DNA of 64,000 nucleotides from an uncultured Shewanella sp. (GCF_947495455.1 NZ_CANLZC010000006.1:17280-81279); one strand, 5' to 3'. Positions 11,655 through 22,588 are shown, numbered from the stretch's first letter. The notes: generated by a model not told the origin, from the sequence alone. Numbers and translations: made by a program.

Positions 11655-12572
11655 ATGGCAGCTTATTTTTCTCTCATTTTAGTTCTTGTAACGCTGTTTA
11701 GTGGCCTAATATGGTTGGTCGATGCACGTTTATTTGCTCCAAAACGTCGAGAAAAGTTGGCGTTGGCACAAGCCGCGACAGCGGAGTTGAGTGAAGAGAG
11801 TGCGGCGAAAATCATTCGAGAGCCTTCTATTGTCGAAACAGCGCGTTCTATCTTTCCCGTTATTGCGTTTGTTTTGGTATTACGTTCTTTTATTTATGAG
11901 CCTTTTCAAATTCCATCAGGTTCGATGATGCCCACATTGCTTGTTGGGGATTTTATTTTAGTTGAGAAGTTTAGCTATGGATTAAAAGATCCTGTTTGGC
12001 GTAAGAAGTTAATTGAAACTGGAGAGCCAAAACGGGGTGACGTTGCTGTCTTTAAATATCCTGAAAATCCTAAAATCGATTATATTAAGCGGGTTATTGG
12101 CTTGCCCGGTGACACCATTATATATCGAAACAAACAGTTGTATATAAAACCGGCTTGTATGCAAGGACGTATTGATTGTCCAGCTGCTGAGCAAGTGAAA
12201 CGGGTTGAAATCAATAGTGGTGAGTTTTTTCAAGATGGTACGCCTTTAATTCGTTATAAAGAGCAGTTAGGCGATGTGAGCCATGATATCCTCATTAATC
12301 CAGCTAGACCTGATATGATTAATTATTATTTTAGACAGCCCAATTTACCTGTTGGTGAGTTTATTGTTCCACAAGGCCATTATTTTATGATGGGCGACAA
12401 CCGAGATAATAGTACTGACAGTCGATATTGGGGTTTTGTACCAGAGGCCAATTTGGTTGGAAAAGCCGTTGCGATTTGGATGAGTTTTGAATTTGACCGT
12501 AAACCTTCAGACTTTTTACCTACTTGGATCCCAACTGGTGTACGCTTTAACCGTGTAGGCGGAATTCAATAA
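11655..12572 (+). CDS. lepB: Signal peptidase I
   Basis: [10 protein letters not shown] (Ser), [12 protein letters not shown] (Lys) and GDNRDNS.DSRYWG motifs. Confidence 0.98.
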   Translation: MAAYFSLILVLVTLFSGLIWLVDARLFAPKRREKLALAQAATAELSEESAAKIIREPSIVETARSIFPVIAFVLVLRSFIYEPFQIPSGSMMPTLLVGDFILVEKFSYGLKDPVWRKKLIETGEPKRGDVAVFKYPENPKIDYIKRVIGLPGDTIIYRNKQLYIKPACMQGRIDCPAAEQVKRVEINSGEFFQDGTPLIRYKEQLGDVSHDILINPARPDMINYYFRQPNLPVGEFIVPQGHYFMMGDNRDNSTDSRYWGFVPEANLVGKAVAIWMSFEFDRKPSDFLPTWIPTGVRFNRVGGIQ

Positions 12573-12574
12573 CT

Positions 12575-13252
12575 ATGGAACCGATTAAAAATATCCCAAG
12601 ACTTTGTCGTACTTTGGGTTATGAATTTATTGATGTGACTTTGCTTGAGCAAGCGTTAACACATCGTAGCGCTGCAAGTAAGCATAATGAACGATTAGAG
12701 TTTTTAGGTGATTCAGTCTTATCTATTGTGATCTCTGATGCGCTTTATCATCAATTTCCAAAAGCGAAAGAAGGTGATTTAAGTCGCATGAGAGCCACAT
12801 TAGTGTGTGGCAAAATGTTGGCTGAGATTGCGCTGGAATTTAAGCTGGGGGATTATTTAAAACTCGGCCCCGGTGAGCTTAAAAGTGGTGGCTTTAGGCG
12901 AGAGTCTATTTTAGCGGATGCCGTAGAAGCCATTATTGGTGCGGTTTATCTTGATAAGGGGATTGAGCCCTGCCGAAAGTTAGTATTGACTTGGTATCAA
13001 AGCCGCTTAAAAACGATAAAGCCTGTGGATCAAAAAGATCCTAAGACATTATTGCAAGAACACTTACAAGGGTTTAAGAAGCCTTTGCCTGTTTATACTG
13101 TGGTTAAAACCGTCGGTGAAGCACACAATCAAACATTTACTGTTGAATGCATGGTGAAAGATCTGAGTGAGCCGATTGTTGGCGTTGCCAGTTCTCGACG
13201 TAAAGCAGAACAAATTGCCGCGGCCCAAGTGCTGGAGTTAATCAAGAAATGA
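12575..13252 (+). CDS. rnc: Ribonuclease III
   Basis: [10 protein letters not shown] signature and dsRBD (DPKTLLQE). Confidence 0.99.
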   Translation: MEPIKNIPRLCRTLGYEFIDVTLLEQALTHRSAASKHNERLEFLGDSVLSIVISDALYHQFPKAKEGDLSRMRATLVCGKMLAEIALEFKLGDYLKLGPGELKSGGFRRESILADAVEAIIGAVYLDKGIEPCRKLVLTWYQSRLKTIKPVDQKDPKTLLQEHLQGFKKPLPVYTVVKTVGEAHNQTFTVECMVKDLSEPIVGVASSRRKAEQIAAAQVLELIKK

Positions 13253-14244
13253 GTGACAAAAAAGAAGAAGCACAAGGGAGTGTCGACCCCAGCTTAGATG
13301 AGCTACTTGCTCGTATGAATCAACCGAGTCAACAGGCCCAATATGATGTGACTTATTGTGGTATGGTGGCGATTGTAGGACGGCCAAATGTGGGCAAGTC
13401 GACGCTGCTGAATAAAATATTAGGGCAGAAAGTCAGTATTACTTCTAAGAAGCCACAAACTACTCGTCACCGTATTATGGGGATCCATACCGAAGGCCCT
13501 AAACAAGTGGTGTTTGTTGATACGCCCGGGTTGCATATTGAAGAGCGTCGTGCCATTAACCGTTTAATGAATCGTGCAGCTTCAAGCTCTTTAGCCGATG
13601 TGGCCTTAGTGGTCTTTGTGGTTGACGGCATGAATTGGACGGCCGATGATGAGATGGTGTTAAAGAAATTACACCATAATGATGATGGCCGAAAAATTGT
13701 ATTAGCCATTAATAAAGTTGATAACATTAAAGATAAAGAAGCTTTATTTCCTTATTTAGAGCAAATGGCCACGAAATTTCCTTTTGATGAGATTTTGCCT
13801 ATTTCTGCGACCCAAGGAACCAATATTCAACGCATATTAGATTTATCCTTAGCTGTGTTGCCTGAGTCACCTCATTATTTTCCTGAAGATTATGTGACAG
13901 ATCGTTCTCAGCGTTTTATGGCATCTGAAATTGTTCGAGAAAAACTCATGCGTTTTCTCGGCGATGAATTACCCTATGACGCGACGGTTGAAATTGAGCA
14001 ATTTTCTATGATGGAGAATGGCGTTTATCAAATTAATGCGCTTATTTTAGTTGAGCGTAGTGGCCAAAAACGTATGGTAATTGGTAAAAAAGGTGAACGT
14101 ATTCGAACGATTGCCACTCAAGCACGCCTTGATATGGAAACTTTATTTGATAATAAAGTCTTTTTAGAAATTTGGGTTAAAGTCAAGTCTGGCTGGGCCG
14201 ATGATGAGCGCGCGCTAAGAAGTTTAGGCTACGGAGAAGAATAA
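13249..14244 (+). CDS. era: GTPase Era
   Basis: [21 protein letters not shown] and KH domain. Confidence 0.98.
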   Translation: MSDKKEEAQGSVDPSLDELLARMNQPSQQAQYDVTYCGMVAIVGRPNVGKSTLLNKILGQKVSITSKKPQTTRHRIMGIHTEGPKQVVFVDTPGLHIEERRAINRLMNRAASSSLADVALVVFVVDGMNWTADDEMVLKKLHHNDDGRKIVLAINKVDNIKDKEALFPYLEQMATKFPFDEILPISATQGTNIQRILDLSLAVLPESPHYFPEDYVTDRSQRFMASEIVREKLMRFLGDELPYDATVEIEQFSMMENGVYQINALILVERSGQKRMVIGKKGERIRTIATQARLDMETLFDNKVFLEIWVKVKSGWADDERALRSLGYGEE

Positions 14245-14290
14245 GCAGCATGACGGGTGAAGAGTAGGTATTGTTAAGCGGTAATATTTT

Positions 14291-14989
14291 ATGTTACGTG
14301 GATATGTATTACACACTCGCCCTTATCGTGATAATCGCGTTATTGTCAACTTATTGGTTGATAATCAAGGGCGTGTCGACGCTATTGCGCGTTTAGGTGG
14401 TAAGAAAAATGCGACTCGCAGTATACTTCAACCTTTTCAGCCCTTGATCTTTGCTTTTTCAGGCGCAGGTTCACTTAAAAATTTAACTCAATTAGAAGCC
14501 GCCAGTCCAGCTGTGCCACTTGTTGGTAATGATTTGTATACTGGCCTTTACCTTAATGAGCTATTGATGCGTTGTTTGACTGTTGAGCACCAGGCTGAAG
14601 GGATCTTCCTTCATTATCACCAGACATTACTGTCTTTGGCTTTAGGGTTTAAAGAGCAAGATTTACGCTATTTTGAATTATCCTTATTGGAAGAGTTAGG
14701 TATTATGCCTTCTTTGACGATAGATCCATTAGACAACCCTATTCATGGTGACGGCTTTTATCGCTTACAGCCAGATAGTGGCTTTATACCTGTGTATCCA
14801 ACAGCCTTTACGCAGCATAAATTCTTTCAAGGCAGTATGTTGTCTGCTTTAGCTCATCGCCAGTTATCAGAGTGTCACTTATTGGCGGCAAAAAAGCTTA
14901 TGCGGCAACTTTTAGCACGTATTTTAGGCAATAAACCATTGTATGCAAGGGCGTTGTTTAAGCCGCGCCAACCTAATAGGCCACAATAG
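14291..14989 (+). CDS. recO: DNA repair protein RecO
   Basis: GYVLHTRPY, LQPFQPL, GLYLNELL; era-recO-pdxJ order. Confidence 0.93.
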   Translation: MLRGYVLHTRPYRDNRVIVNLLVDNQGRVDAIARLGGKKNATRSILQPFQPLIFAFSGAGSLKNLTQLEAASPAVPLVGNDLYTGLYLNELLMRCLTVEHQAEGIFLHYHQTLLSLALGFKEQDLRYFELSLLEELGIMPSLTIDPLDNPIHGDGFYRLQPDSGFIPVYPTAFTQHKFFQGSMLSALAHRQLSECHLLAAKKLMRQLLARILGNKPLYARALFKPRQPNRPQ

Positions 14990-15065
14990 CCTGTGTGACA
15001 CAGTCATTTATTGAAGTGTGAAGCGTTGTTGTTGTGTGTTAGCTAATTAACCAAAGGACATTTTC

Positions 15066-15803
15066 ATGAGCCAGATTTTACTGGGCGTTAATATCGATCA
15101 TATTGCCACTTTACGACAAGCTCGTGGTACAAATTACCCTGATCCTGTGCATGCTGCGGCAGTGGCTGAGCATGCCGGCGCTGATGGAATAACGGTGCAC
15201 CTTCGTGAGGATAGACGGCATATCATAGATAGGGATATTCAAGTATTAGCGCGAACATTAAAGACACGCATGAATTTTGAAATGGCAGTAACAGATGAAA
15301 TGCTGGATATTGCTTGCGAGATAAAGCCTCACTATGTGTGTTTAGTGCCTGAAAAAAGAGAAGAGCTGACCACAGAAGGCGGTTTGGATGTTGCTGGGCA
15401 AATGAGTAAAATATCAAGTGCAGTGCAACGTTTGAGTGAAAAAGGGATTCAAGTTTCACTTTTTATTGATGCTGATAAAGCACAAATTGATGCCGCTGTT
15501 GAAGTTGGCGCACCAGTGATTGAAATACATACTGGTGGTTATGCGGATGCACAGACTGAGATAGAAGCGAACAATGAGCTTATGCGCATTAAGAATATGG
15601 CAAAGTATGCTCATGCTAAGGGATTGATTGTTAATGCAGGGCATGGATTGCATTACCATAACGTGAAGCCTATCGCGGCGATCCCTGAATTGTATGAGCT
15701 TAATATTGGCCATGCTATTATTGCAAGGGCTGCCATTGATGGTTTAGCGACGGCAGTTAAAGACATGAAACGGCTAATGCAAGAAGGGCGTCGTGGTGAG
15801 TAG
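15066..15803 (+). CDS. pdxJ: Pyridoxine 5'-phosphate synthase
   Basis: [21 protein letters not shown] and NAGHGL motifs. Confidence 0.99.
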   Translation: MSQILLGVNIDHIATLRQARGTNYPDPVHAAAVAEHAGADGITVHLREDRRHIIDRDIQVLARTLKTRMNFEMAVTDEMLDIACEIKPHYVCLVPEKREELTTEGGLDVAGQMSKISSAVQRLSEKGIQVSLFIDADKAQIDAAVEVGAPVIEIHTGGYADAQTEIEANNELMRIKNMAKYAHAKGLIVNAGHGLHYHNVKPIAAIPELYELNIGHAIIARAAIDGLATAVKDMKRLMQEGRRGE

Positions 15804-15846
15804 GTTTCTTGCCATACTATTGTGATGTTATGTAAAGAGGCGGTTT

Positions 15847-16227
15847 ATGGCCATTGTGGGTTTAGGTACTGATGTTGTTGAAATTGAAAGGATCCATAAA
15901 TTAGTGCAAAGTTCGCCATTAAAGCTTGCTAAAAGAGTGTTAACTTTAAATGAGCTGAAGCATTTTCAATCTGTGAATCAACCTGCTCGCTTCTTAGCAA
16001 AACGTTTTGCGGCAAAAGAGGCCGCAGCTAAAGCACTAGGAACAGGCATTGGACGTGGTGTATCTTTTCAACATATTGAAATCAAAAACGATGATTATGG
16101 TGCGCCGCATATTTCTTTTAGTCAAGGTGCTGCGGATAGGCTGGCTTTTTTAAAGGGAACTTCTGCTCATGTGACTATTGCAGATGAGTTACATTATGCC
16201 GTTGCTACCGTGATTGTAGAATCTTAA
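15847..16227 (+). CDS. acpS: Holo-ACP synthase
   Basis: GLGTDVVEIERI and RFAAKEAAAKALGTG motifs. Confidence 0.98.
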   Translation: MAIVGLGTDVVEIERIHKLVQSSPLKLAKRVLTLNELKHFQSVNQPARFLAKRFAAKEAAAKALGTGIGRGVSFQHIEIKNDDYGAPHISFSQGAADRLAFLKGTSAHVTIADELHYAVATVIVES

Positions 16228-16244
16228 GTACAGTTTAATGGTAT

Positions 16245-16283
16245 AAAAAATCCCACAATGAAATCATCATTGTGGGATTTTTT
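16245..16283. terminator. Strong bidirectional terminator closing the lepB-acpS run
   Basis: aaaaaatcccacaatga...tcattgtgggatttttt inverted repeat. Confidence 0.85.
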
Positions 16284-16389
16284 GTGGAAAATAGATTGTT
16301 AATAAAAGACTGCCTGCGCTGGTATTTGCATCTATTTTGAGTATATTAGAGTAAGCTGTGTTACCGTTATTTTGAAAGGAAGCCCATTA

Positions 16390-16911
16390 ATGAGAAATGC
16401 CGTAGAGCGATTATCCACTTATAAAAGTGTTCATTTAAATAGGAATAATGTGAAGACACACTTCATTGGTGTACCTTTGATTGTCTTATCAGTGTTTATT
16501 TTATTAGCGTTAACACCCGTTGCGATATTGTTTGGCGATTATCGATTACCAATAGACAAACTGGCTGTGATTGTTCTATCTATTTATTACCTAATGTTGA
16601 ATATCCGTTTGGCTTTAGGTTTGATACTTGTCATGCTCATTACTCTGCTTATTGCCAATATCATTGCTGATTGGACGGGAGCCATTTGGTTGGCAATAGG
16701 GTTATTTGTTATCGGATGGGTTATCCAATTTTTGGGGCATTATTTTGAAAAAGCCAAACCTGCTTTTATTGACGATTTAGATCAGTTATTGATAGGTCCT
16801 TTCTTTTTAATGGCAGAAGGATATTTTCATTTTGGTTGGCTATCGTCTCTTGAAGAAGAAATAACGGCTATCGCAATGGAAAAACGTCAGAAAATGAATA
16901 GTAAAAAGTGA
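16390..16911 (+). CDS. DUF962/Mpo1-like membrane protein
   Basis: Y...H.N..N...HFIGVP and GW.IQFLGH.FEKAKPAF..D..QLLIGP motifs. Confidence 0.88.
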   Translation: MRNAVERLSTYKSVHLNRNNVKTHFIGVPLIVLSVFILLALTPVAILFGDYRLPIDKLAVIVLSIYYLMLNIRLALGLILVMLITLLIANIIADWTGAIWLAIGLFVIGWVIQFLGHYFEKAKPAFIDDLDQLLIGPFFLMAEGYFHFGWLSSLEEEITAIAMEKRQKMNSKK

Positions 16912-17083
16912 AAGATTTGTTTGCGATGATGTAATTATATTTTTGGAAAATTATTATTATTTTTAACGTAATAGAGGTCATTTTTTGCATTTTGTTCCAA
17001 TTTTTCATCGAGGTTAGCCTTTTCTTTTTTATGCCGTTAACATGGATGAGAATTAAAGTGCTAAGGATTTAAAGGTTGCAGCA

Positions 17084-17434
17084 ATGAGCATAGAGAGAAT
17101 ACAAACGAAAGCGAGAATGAGCCGAATTGTAAAACATAATGGCGTCATTTATTTATGTGGTCAGGTTTGCCAAGATGCCACACAAAATATCACAGTGCAA
17201 ACACAAACAATGCTGGATAAAGTGGATGATTTATTAGCCGAAGCCGGTAGCGATAAAGCTCATATTTTATCAGCAACTATTTATATCAAAGATATGAAGT
17301 ATTTCAGTGAGATGAATGCCGTTTGGGATGCTTGGGTTCCAGAAGGGCATGCACCGGCTAGAGCGTGCGTAGAAGCTAAAATGGCAAGAGAGGCATTATT
17401 GGTTGAGATTTCTGTTATTGCTGCACAGAAGTGA
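17084..17434 (+). CDS. RidA/YjgF/UK114-family protein (Rid1/YoaB-like)
   Basis: [28 protein letters not shown] and LVEISVIAA motifs. Confidence 0.92.
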   Translation: MSIERIQTKARMSRIVKHNGVIYLCGQVCQDATQNITVQTQTMLDKVDDLLAEAGSDKAHILSATIYIKDMKYFSEMNAVWDAWVPEGHAPARACVEAKMAREALLVEISVIAAQK

Positions 17435-17482
17435 CCATTCATTGAGTGGATGAGAGTGCATCCGTGCTCTCATTCTTGTCGA

Positions 17483-18199
17483 TTATTCCGTTATCATTAA
17501 ATACCCTCTGCTTAATCCTTCATTGAGATCGGCATTACTGATAATCGCTTGGTACAAGTCAGTTGTTTTTACCCAAATGGCAGGATATTTGAAACGAGAT
17601 ACATCCAATAATAAAAAGCGATCACTTTTTTTATCATAGGCCGCTAAAGGAGAGAAGTGACCTGATCCGATTTGTTTCAATGCTTGTCTATGATAATTAA
17701 CAATGATGAATTGTGTATCAGAGCTGACCGCATTAATTGCATCTTGCCGAAACTTGTTTTCGCTTATTTGTGTTCCACGATGAAGCTGAACATTTAATTT
17801 AAATGTCTTGATGGCATTGGATAATTCATCGATTGTCATTCCCCCCATGCTGACTTTAGCTGGTGTAGTAATATTGAGGACTTCTGGGGTAAAAAAATTA
17901 TCTTGTTCAAAAAGTTGGTAAGGGGCCAATAATAAAGAAGTGGGGCGTTGAAGGTTTGATGCATTTAATACCATAGATGCACTTGTGGGTCCGCAATAGG
18001 TCAATGTTTGCTGAGTCGCGAAATAAGGCATGAGATTAAAAACATCATTTTTATGCTGGCTTCGCTGTAAAAGATCCTTCCCTTCTATGGAGTTGAATGG
18101 AATGAGAGAATCATCAAGTGTTAGATCTGGCAGTGTTGCCGCTTGCAATGTCAGAGTCAGTAGAGATAAAAAAATAATAAGGGAAAATCTTAAACGCAT
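17483..18199 (-). CDS. Phytochelatin synthase-family (papain-like) protein with signal peptide
   Basis: Q..LTYCGPTS (Cys), GHFSPLAAYD (His), LLLDVSRFKYP (Asp); likely start MRLRFSLII at 18199. Confidence 0.88.
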   Translation of the reverse strand: MRLRFSLIIFLSLLTLTLQAATLPDLTLDDSLIPFNSIEGKDLLQRSQHKNDVFNLMPYFATQQTLTYCGPTSASMVLNASNLQRPTSLLLAPYQLFEQDNFFTPEVLNITTPAKVSMGGMTIDELSNAIKTFKLNVQLHRGTQISENKFRQDAINAVSSDTQFIIVNYHRQALKQIGSGHFSPLAAYDKKSDRFLLLDVSRFKYPAIWVKTTDLYQAIISNADLNEGLSRGYLMITE

Positions 18200-18644
18200 G
18201 TTGAACCTTGTTATTGAGTAAAAACTAATGTAATAGCAGACCATATTCGTCTGTAGGAAGTTTAGGTATTAGACTTTTGTCGTGGGCCTGATTAAGTGCT
18301 CTATGGGGTGAGATTAGCCAGAGTCTTTTCTATTTTATGAGAGAAAAGTGTTAACTTTAAACAAATACTTTACTTCATTACTGTCTAATTTTTATGTTTT
18401 TTTTGGTTTTTGGTGATAGTTTGTTTTTAACGGTCTTTTTTTGTTGGTATTTATCCTTCTTTTTTAAATTTTTTCAAATAAATTTGAGTGTGTGGAAGGT
18501 AATCACCATGATGCTTGTTTGTTGTTTATTTTTGTTATTTACTTTTCTCTAATGTTTTTATATTGATAAAATAGACTTAGCTTTTTCATAGAGTATAGCG
18601 TTTTTCTTTTCTACACTTAATATCATTCACTGTTTAGGGGAAGG

Positions 18645-19091
18645 GTGAGAATGACGTCAATTTATCAATTTATTTTTCATTTATTGTTATTGATGAATCT
18701 ACAACTGTTCAGCTTTGTATTGCAAGCGAAAGATTGCCAGCTACCCAATAGTATGAACGGGTTGACTATGATCCTATCTGCTGGTGAAGAATATAGTGAT
18801 ATTCCTCCTTTTGAAAATGATGTGGTTGAAATGACGTTTTCTAAAAAAAGTTACCAAGGGGTTGGTTTAAAAAAGAATCGACACTTTATCGGTGAGTATG
18901 TTTATCGTCGATTAGCTAATAATGTTGCTCAGGTTAGAACAAGAGAACTATTTGGCGCTGATATATTACAATACAGTTTAAACTTAGTTTGCCAGAGTGA
19001 CTTCGAAGGCTATTATATTTATGCTCCGAGTTCAGGAGAAACAGGCCCTCAGCTAGGCATTTTGATAGATCGTTATCTTATTGTTCAGTGA
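18645..19091 (+). CDS. Secreted 2-Cys beta-rich array protein 1 (subclass C)
   Basis: Signal peptide; DCQLP, GEEYS, GEYVY, LVCQSDFEGYYIY; start may be ATG 18651. Confidence 0.8.
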   Translation: MRMTSIYQFIFHLLLLMNLQLFSFVLQAKDCQLPNSMNGLTMILSAGEEYSDIPPFENDVVEMTFSKKSYQGVGLKKNRHFIGEYVYRRLANNVAQVRTRELFGADILQYSLNLVCQSDFEGYYIYAPSSGETGPQLGILIDRYLIVQ

Positions 19092-19287
19092 TTATGTCGA
19101 TAACCTAAGAAGTATGTCTTTAAACTGCTCTTGTAGGTTGTTTTTGCTAGGCGGCATTAAAGGAAAAATTTAGCCTTTGAATGTGCTCAATGTGTTCTGG
19201 TGGGCTGAAGAGAAAAAATACTGAATGAGTTAATTTCATCTACACTATTCTTAGCGTACTAAATTGTTTTAGTGATAAGGGTATAAC

Positions 19288-19704
19288 ATGAAGCAATTGT
19301 TTAGCTTATTTTTATTGTTTTATATAGGACAAGCTGTTGCAGATTCCTGTTCTATGCCAAAAAGTTTTGCTGGCTTGACTCTTTTAATCCGCGTGAATGG
19401 CAATTATTCTCCTGAAAATCCAATGGCAGGGACGTTACAAGAAATGACATTTAGTCGTTTGAATTTTAAAAGCACAATAATGAATACACGTGAGAGTGTT
19501 GAAGGATCCTATCGGTATACTCGTTTAGATACCAATTTAGCTCAAGTCAGTATTCGGCAGGGCACTGGAGATCAGTTATCTTTATATACAGAAACCTTTG
19601 TGTGTGAAACTAATACGACGGGATATTTTATTTTTAGCCAGACACAGGGGACAATTAAACCTGATATTCGCCAAAATACAGGGATTTATATTATTCGAAA
19701 ATAA
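19288..19704 (+). CDS. Array protein 2 (subclass A)
   Basis: Signal peptide; SCSMP, TLLIRVN, NPMAG, TFVCET, GYFIFSQT, RQNTGIYII. Confidence 0.85.
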   Translation: MKQLFSLFLLFYIGQAVADSCSMPKSFAGLTLLIRVNGNYSPENPMAGTLQEMTFSRLNFKSTIMNTRESVEGSYRYTRLDTNLAQVSIRQGTGDQLSLYTETFVCETNTTGYFIFSQTQGTIKPDIRQNTGIYIIRK

Positions 19705-19766
19705 TTATTGAGCTGCTCGGGAGTAAAGTCATTTTGAGTGCTTATAAACTGAGGTGGATTCGTTTG

Positions 19767-20201
19767 ATGGTGTTTAAAAAAATGGTATTTAAAAAAATAG
19801 CGTTAATCAGTCTATGTTTGTTGTCTAGTATTGTGATTGCTGATGATTGTATCTTGCCTGATAATCTTAACAAAAAACAAATATTATTTTTAGTCAGTGA
19901 GGTATACACACCGACAAACCCCGATGCTGGCAGTGTGATACAACTTAATTTTACGGATAAGAAAATCGTATCAACAAAATTAATTAAAGGGATTTTGAGT
20001 CAAGGTCAGTATGAGTATGAAATTATTGCACCTGGAGTGGCTTTATTGTCAGTTAAGTTGACTGAGGGGGATGATAGGGCACATTTTAGAACTGTGATGA
20101 TGTGTGAAAATGATTACAGCGGCATGTATATTTTTAGTCAATCTGAAGGGATCATTGAGCCAAGTAAAAGACAAAACACAGGGAGCTATATTATTGAATA
20201 A
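19767..20201 (+). CDS. Array protein 3 (subclass B)
   Basis: RBS gaggtgg before ATG 19767; DCILP, YTPTNPDAG, VALLSV, MCEND, RQNTGSYII. Confidence 0.85.
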   Translation: MVFKKMVFKKIALISLCLLSSIVIADDCILPDNLNKKQILFLVSEVYTPTNPDAGSVIQLNFTDKKIVSTKLIKGILSQGQYEYEIIAPGVALLSVKLTEGDDRAHFRTVMMCENDYSGMYIFSQSEGIIEPSKRQNTGSYIIE

Positions 20202-20253
20202 GATAAATGATCTTAGGTTATGCCAGTATGCGTCGCGTTAGGGGGGTTATGGT

Positions 20254-20697
20254 ATGCGCCAAATACGAGTGGCCATCGGCATGATGATGTGTGTTTTTAT
20301 TGCTTTTAATGGAAAAGCTTTACCCTTGACAAGTCCTAGTTGCACTGTACCTGAGCAGCTGCCAAAAAAGAAACTAGTCCTTGCTATAGATGAAGAATAC
20401 TCGGCCTATACCCCTGAAGTGATTGGTTTAATGCAACTCACTTTTGATAAAGAGACATTTGTTAATTACGTCATACAGAATAATTATTTTTTTCCGGGAA
20501 AATACACTTATCAAGTTATACACCCCGATTTGGCCATTGTCACGCTGACTGAAGTTGTGGGTGCGTTAGTGTCAAAGTACCAATTATTGCTGGTATGTAT
20601 CTCAGATATCGAAGGTTATTTTGTTTATCATTTAGAATATGGGGAAAGATTACCTAGAATGGAACATAATACTGGATTTTATGTATTGCGTGAGTAA
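20254..20697 (+). CDS. Array protein 4 (subclass C)
   Basis: SCTVP, DEEYS, GKYTYQV, LLLVCISDIEGYFVY. Confidence 0.85.
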   Translation: MRQIRVAIGMMMCVFIAFNGKALPLTSPSCTVPEQLPKKKLVLAIDEEYSAYTPEVIGLMQLTFDKETFVNYVIQNNYFFPGKYTYQVIHPDLAIVTLTEVVGALVSKYQLLLVCISDIEGYFVYHLEYGERLPRMEHNTGFYVLRE

Positions 20698-20720
20698 GTG
20701 GACGAATGTAGAGGAAGGTA

Positions 20721-21149
20721 ATGCGGCTATTGTTAATGTTGTTCACGGTTGTCATGTTGATGGGGCAAGGTAGAGCGAATACATGTGCATTGCCAACGAG
20801 TATCGTAGGAAAGACCATTCTGATTCGAGCAAATGGTGTGTATTCACCATTAAATACATTGGCAGACTCTATAATAGAATACGTATTTAAAGAGAAGACC
20901 TATGAGGTAACCATATTAAATAGTCGAAAAATGAATTCGGGTACGTATTTTTATCGAAGACTTAATCCAATGTTAGCACGTTTTAGTGTGATTTCGGGTT
21001 CTGGAGAGTCATTAACCTTATATTCTCAAACCTTTGTGTGTGAAACCAATAACATAGGTTATTCAATCTTTAGCCAAACAAAAGGTTTATATAAACCTGA
21101 TATTAAGCAAAATTTTGGTATATTCATTATTCAGGATCAAGATGAGTAA
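20721..21149 (+). CDS. Array protein 5 (subclass A)
   Basis: TCALP, TILIRAN, YSQTFVCET, GYSIFSQT, KQNFGIFII. Confidence 0.85.
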   Translation: MRLLLMLFTVVMLMGQGRANTCALPTSIVGKTILIRANGVYSPLNTLADSIIEYVFKEKTYEVTILNSRKMNSGTYFYRRLNPMLARFSVISGSGESLTLYSQTFVCETNNIGYSIFSQTKGLYKPDIKQNFGIFIIQDQDE

Positions 21150-21588
21150 ATTGAGTCAGTTAGTTTTATTTTTATGTTGGTTTACAAGTTGCTTCTATGG
21201 GCAAGCCGAGAGTAAACCGTGCGAATTACCGTTAACCTTATTTGGATATGATCTTTTTGCAAAAATAAGTGGGATGGATTATAAAACAGATTTAAATGCT
21301 ATGTCTTTTAGAAAATTATCCTTTTCTAATAAAAAGTTATATAATCAAAGTCTCATTTCAGGTGAGATGTTTTCAGCATTTTATACTTATCATCGTTTCT
21401 ATAACAATATCGCGATGATTAAAGTGTATCAAGATCCTAGGTTAACACGGCTTCTATATTTTGATTTGTTATTTTGTGAAACCGATTTAGTGGGTAAACT
21501 TATTTTTACACCGAGTAGTATTATTCCTTTTGACAATTTTGGTGACAAACAATTAACTGCTAAGTATGTCCTAAGGTCAGATGGTTAA
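21142..21588 (+). CDS. Array protein 6 (subclass D)
   Basis: ATG 21142 overlaps gene 5; PCELP, ISGMD, SLISG, NIA..VY, LLY, FCETDLVG. Confidence 0.82.
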   Translation: MSKLSQLVLFLCWFTSCFYGQAESKPCELPLTLFGYDLFAKISGMDYKTDLNAMSFRKLSFSNKKLYNQSLISGEMFSAFYTYHRFYNNIAMIKVYQDPRLTRLLYFDLLFCETDLVGKLIFTPSSIIPFDNFGDKQLTAKYVLRSDG

Positions 21589-21625
21589 ATAAGTTAATGT
21601 GAGTGATAAATGGCAAGGATGAAAA

Positions 21626-22051
21626 GTGATATCTAGATTGGTAATTATGCTAATATTGATGATAAATTTTTTTTATGAGCGAGCATTAGCGTGTGAGTTG
21701 CCTAGTTCATTAGCAGGGAAAAAAATCATTTTTAGTATCTCAAATTACTATACTCCTAATAACCCCATGGCTGGCACATTACTTTTATCAGAATTTAAAG
21801 CTAAAACGTACCAATTGGTCGTGTTAGATACTGATACTTCATATAGTGGTGCTTATTCTTATCAAAAGATAACACCTAATTTTGCACGTTTTACTGTTAT
21901 AGAAAGGCAAAATGTTGATATGACATCATATCGCTATTCAAAAACACTCACTTGCCAAACAGATAGGATGGGGTTTGTCATATTTAAATTTATTGGAGGG
22001 GTGGATCTAGATGCCCCCCATCACGATATCGGCACTTATTTTATTCAGTAG
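21626..22051 (+). CDS. Array protein 7 (subclass F)
   Basis: ACELP, FSISNYYTPNNPMAG, FARF, YSKTLTCQTD..G.VIF, DIGTYFIQ. Confidence 0.85.
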   Translation: MISRLVIMLILMINFFYERALACELPSSLAGKKIIFSISNYYTPNNPMAGTLLLSEFKAKTYQLVVLDTDTSYSGAYSYQKITPNFARFTVIERQNVDMTSYRYSKTLTCQTDRMGFVIFKFIGGVDLDAPHHDIGTYFIQ

Positions 22052-22098
22052 CTAGCAATGTTATATGATGTTTAGCTACGTTCAATATTACCTAGGAG

Positions 22099-22539
22099 GT
22101 GACATTGAAGTGTATTTTATGGTTAATATTACTAATAAATATGTTTCACATAGCAATACTAAAAGCATGTCAGTTGCCTGAAAGTTTGGTGGGAAAAAGA
22201 ATTTTATTACACGTTTATGGTTTGGCTGCTGAAACTAATCCTCTTGCGGATAATATAGTGATGATGCATTTTAATCAGAGGGACTATCAAGTAATGATTT
22301 TGGATACGGGGAAAAAATCGGTCGGTACTTATTCTTATCAACGATATGAGTTTGATCTGGCTGAATTAAGGATAAAAGAGAATGTGTCTTCTGAAGGCAA
22401 AACGGTTATGGCTGATTATACTAATACTTTTGTTTGTCAGAGCGATACATCAGGTTTATATATTTTTAATGGTATTGAAGGGACTGCCTATCCACAATAT
22501 TGGCAACATTCTGGTCGATATTTTATTCAAAGTCATTAG
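22099..22539 (+). CDS. Array protein 8 (subclass E)
   Basis: ACQLPESLVG, YGL...TNPLA, DLAEL, YTNTFVCQSD, GRYFIQ. Confidence 0.85.
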   Translation: MTLKCILWLILLINMFHIAILKACQLPESLVGKRILLHVYGLAAETNPLADNIVMMHFNQRDYQVMILDTGKKSVGTYSYQRYEFDLAELRIKENVSSEGKTVMADYTNTFVCQSDTSGLYIFNGIEGTAYPQYWQHSGRYFIQSH

Positions 22540-22588
22540 ACGCTGCTTGATGAATACAGTATGGAATAATAGAAAGGAGAGGAGAACG

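Noticed and set aside
13249-13360. N-terminal extension of Era as a novelty
   Set aside because: Short low-complexity extension; similar extensions are expected in this lineage and no distinct domain is evident.
22382-22588. N-terminal extension of the 210-aa ORF 22382-23014
   Set aside because: It overlaps array gene 8 in another frame; the paralogue-matching signal peptide and a strong RBS place the true start at 22589. The same logic applies to ORFs starting at 19734, 21115 and 23922.
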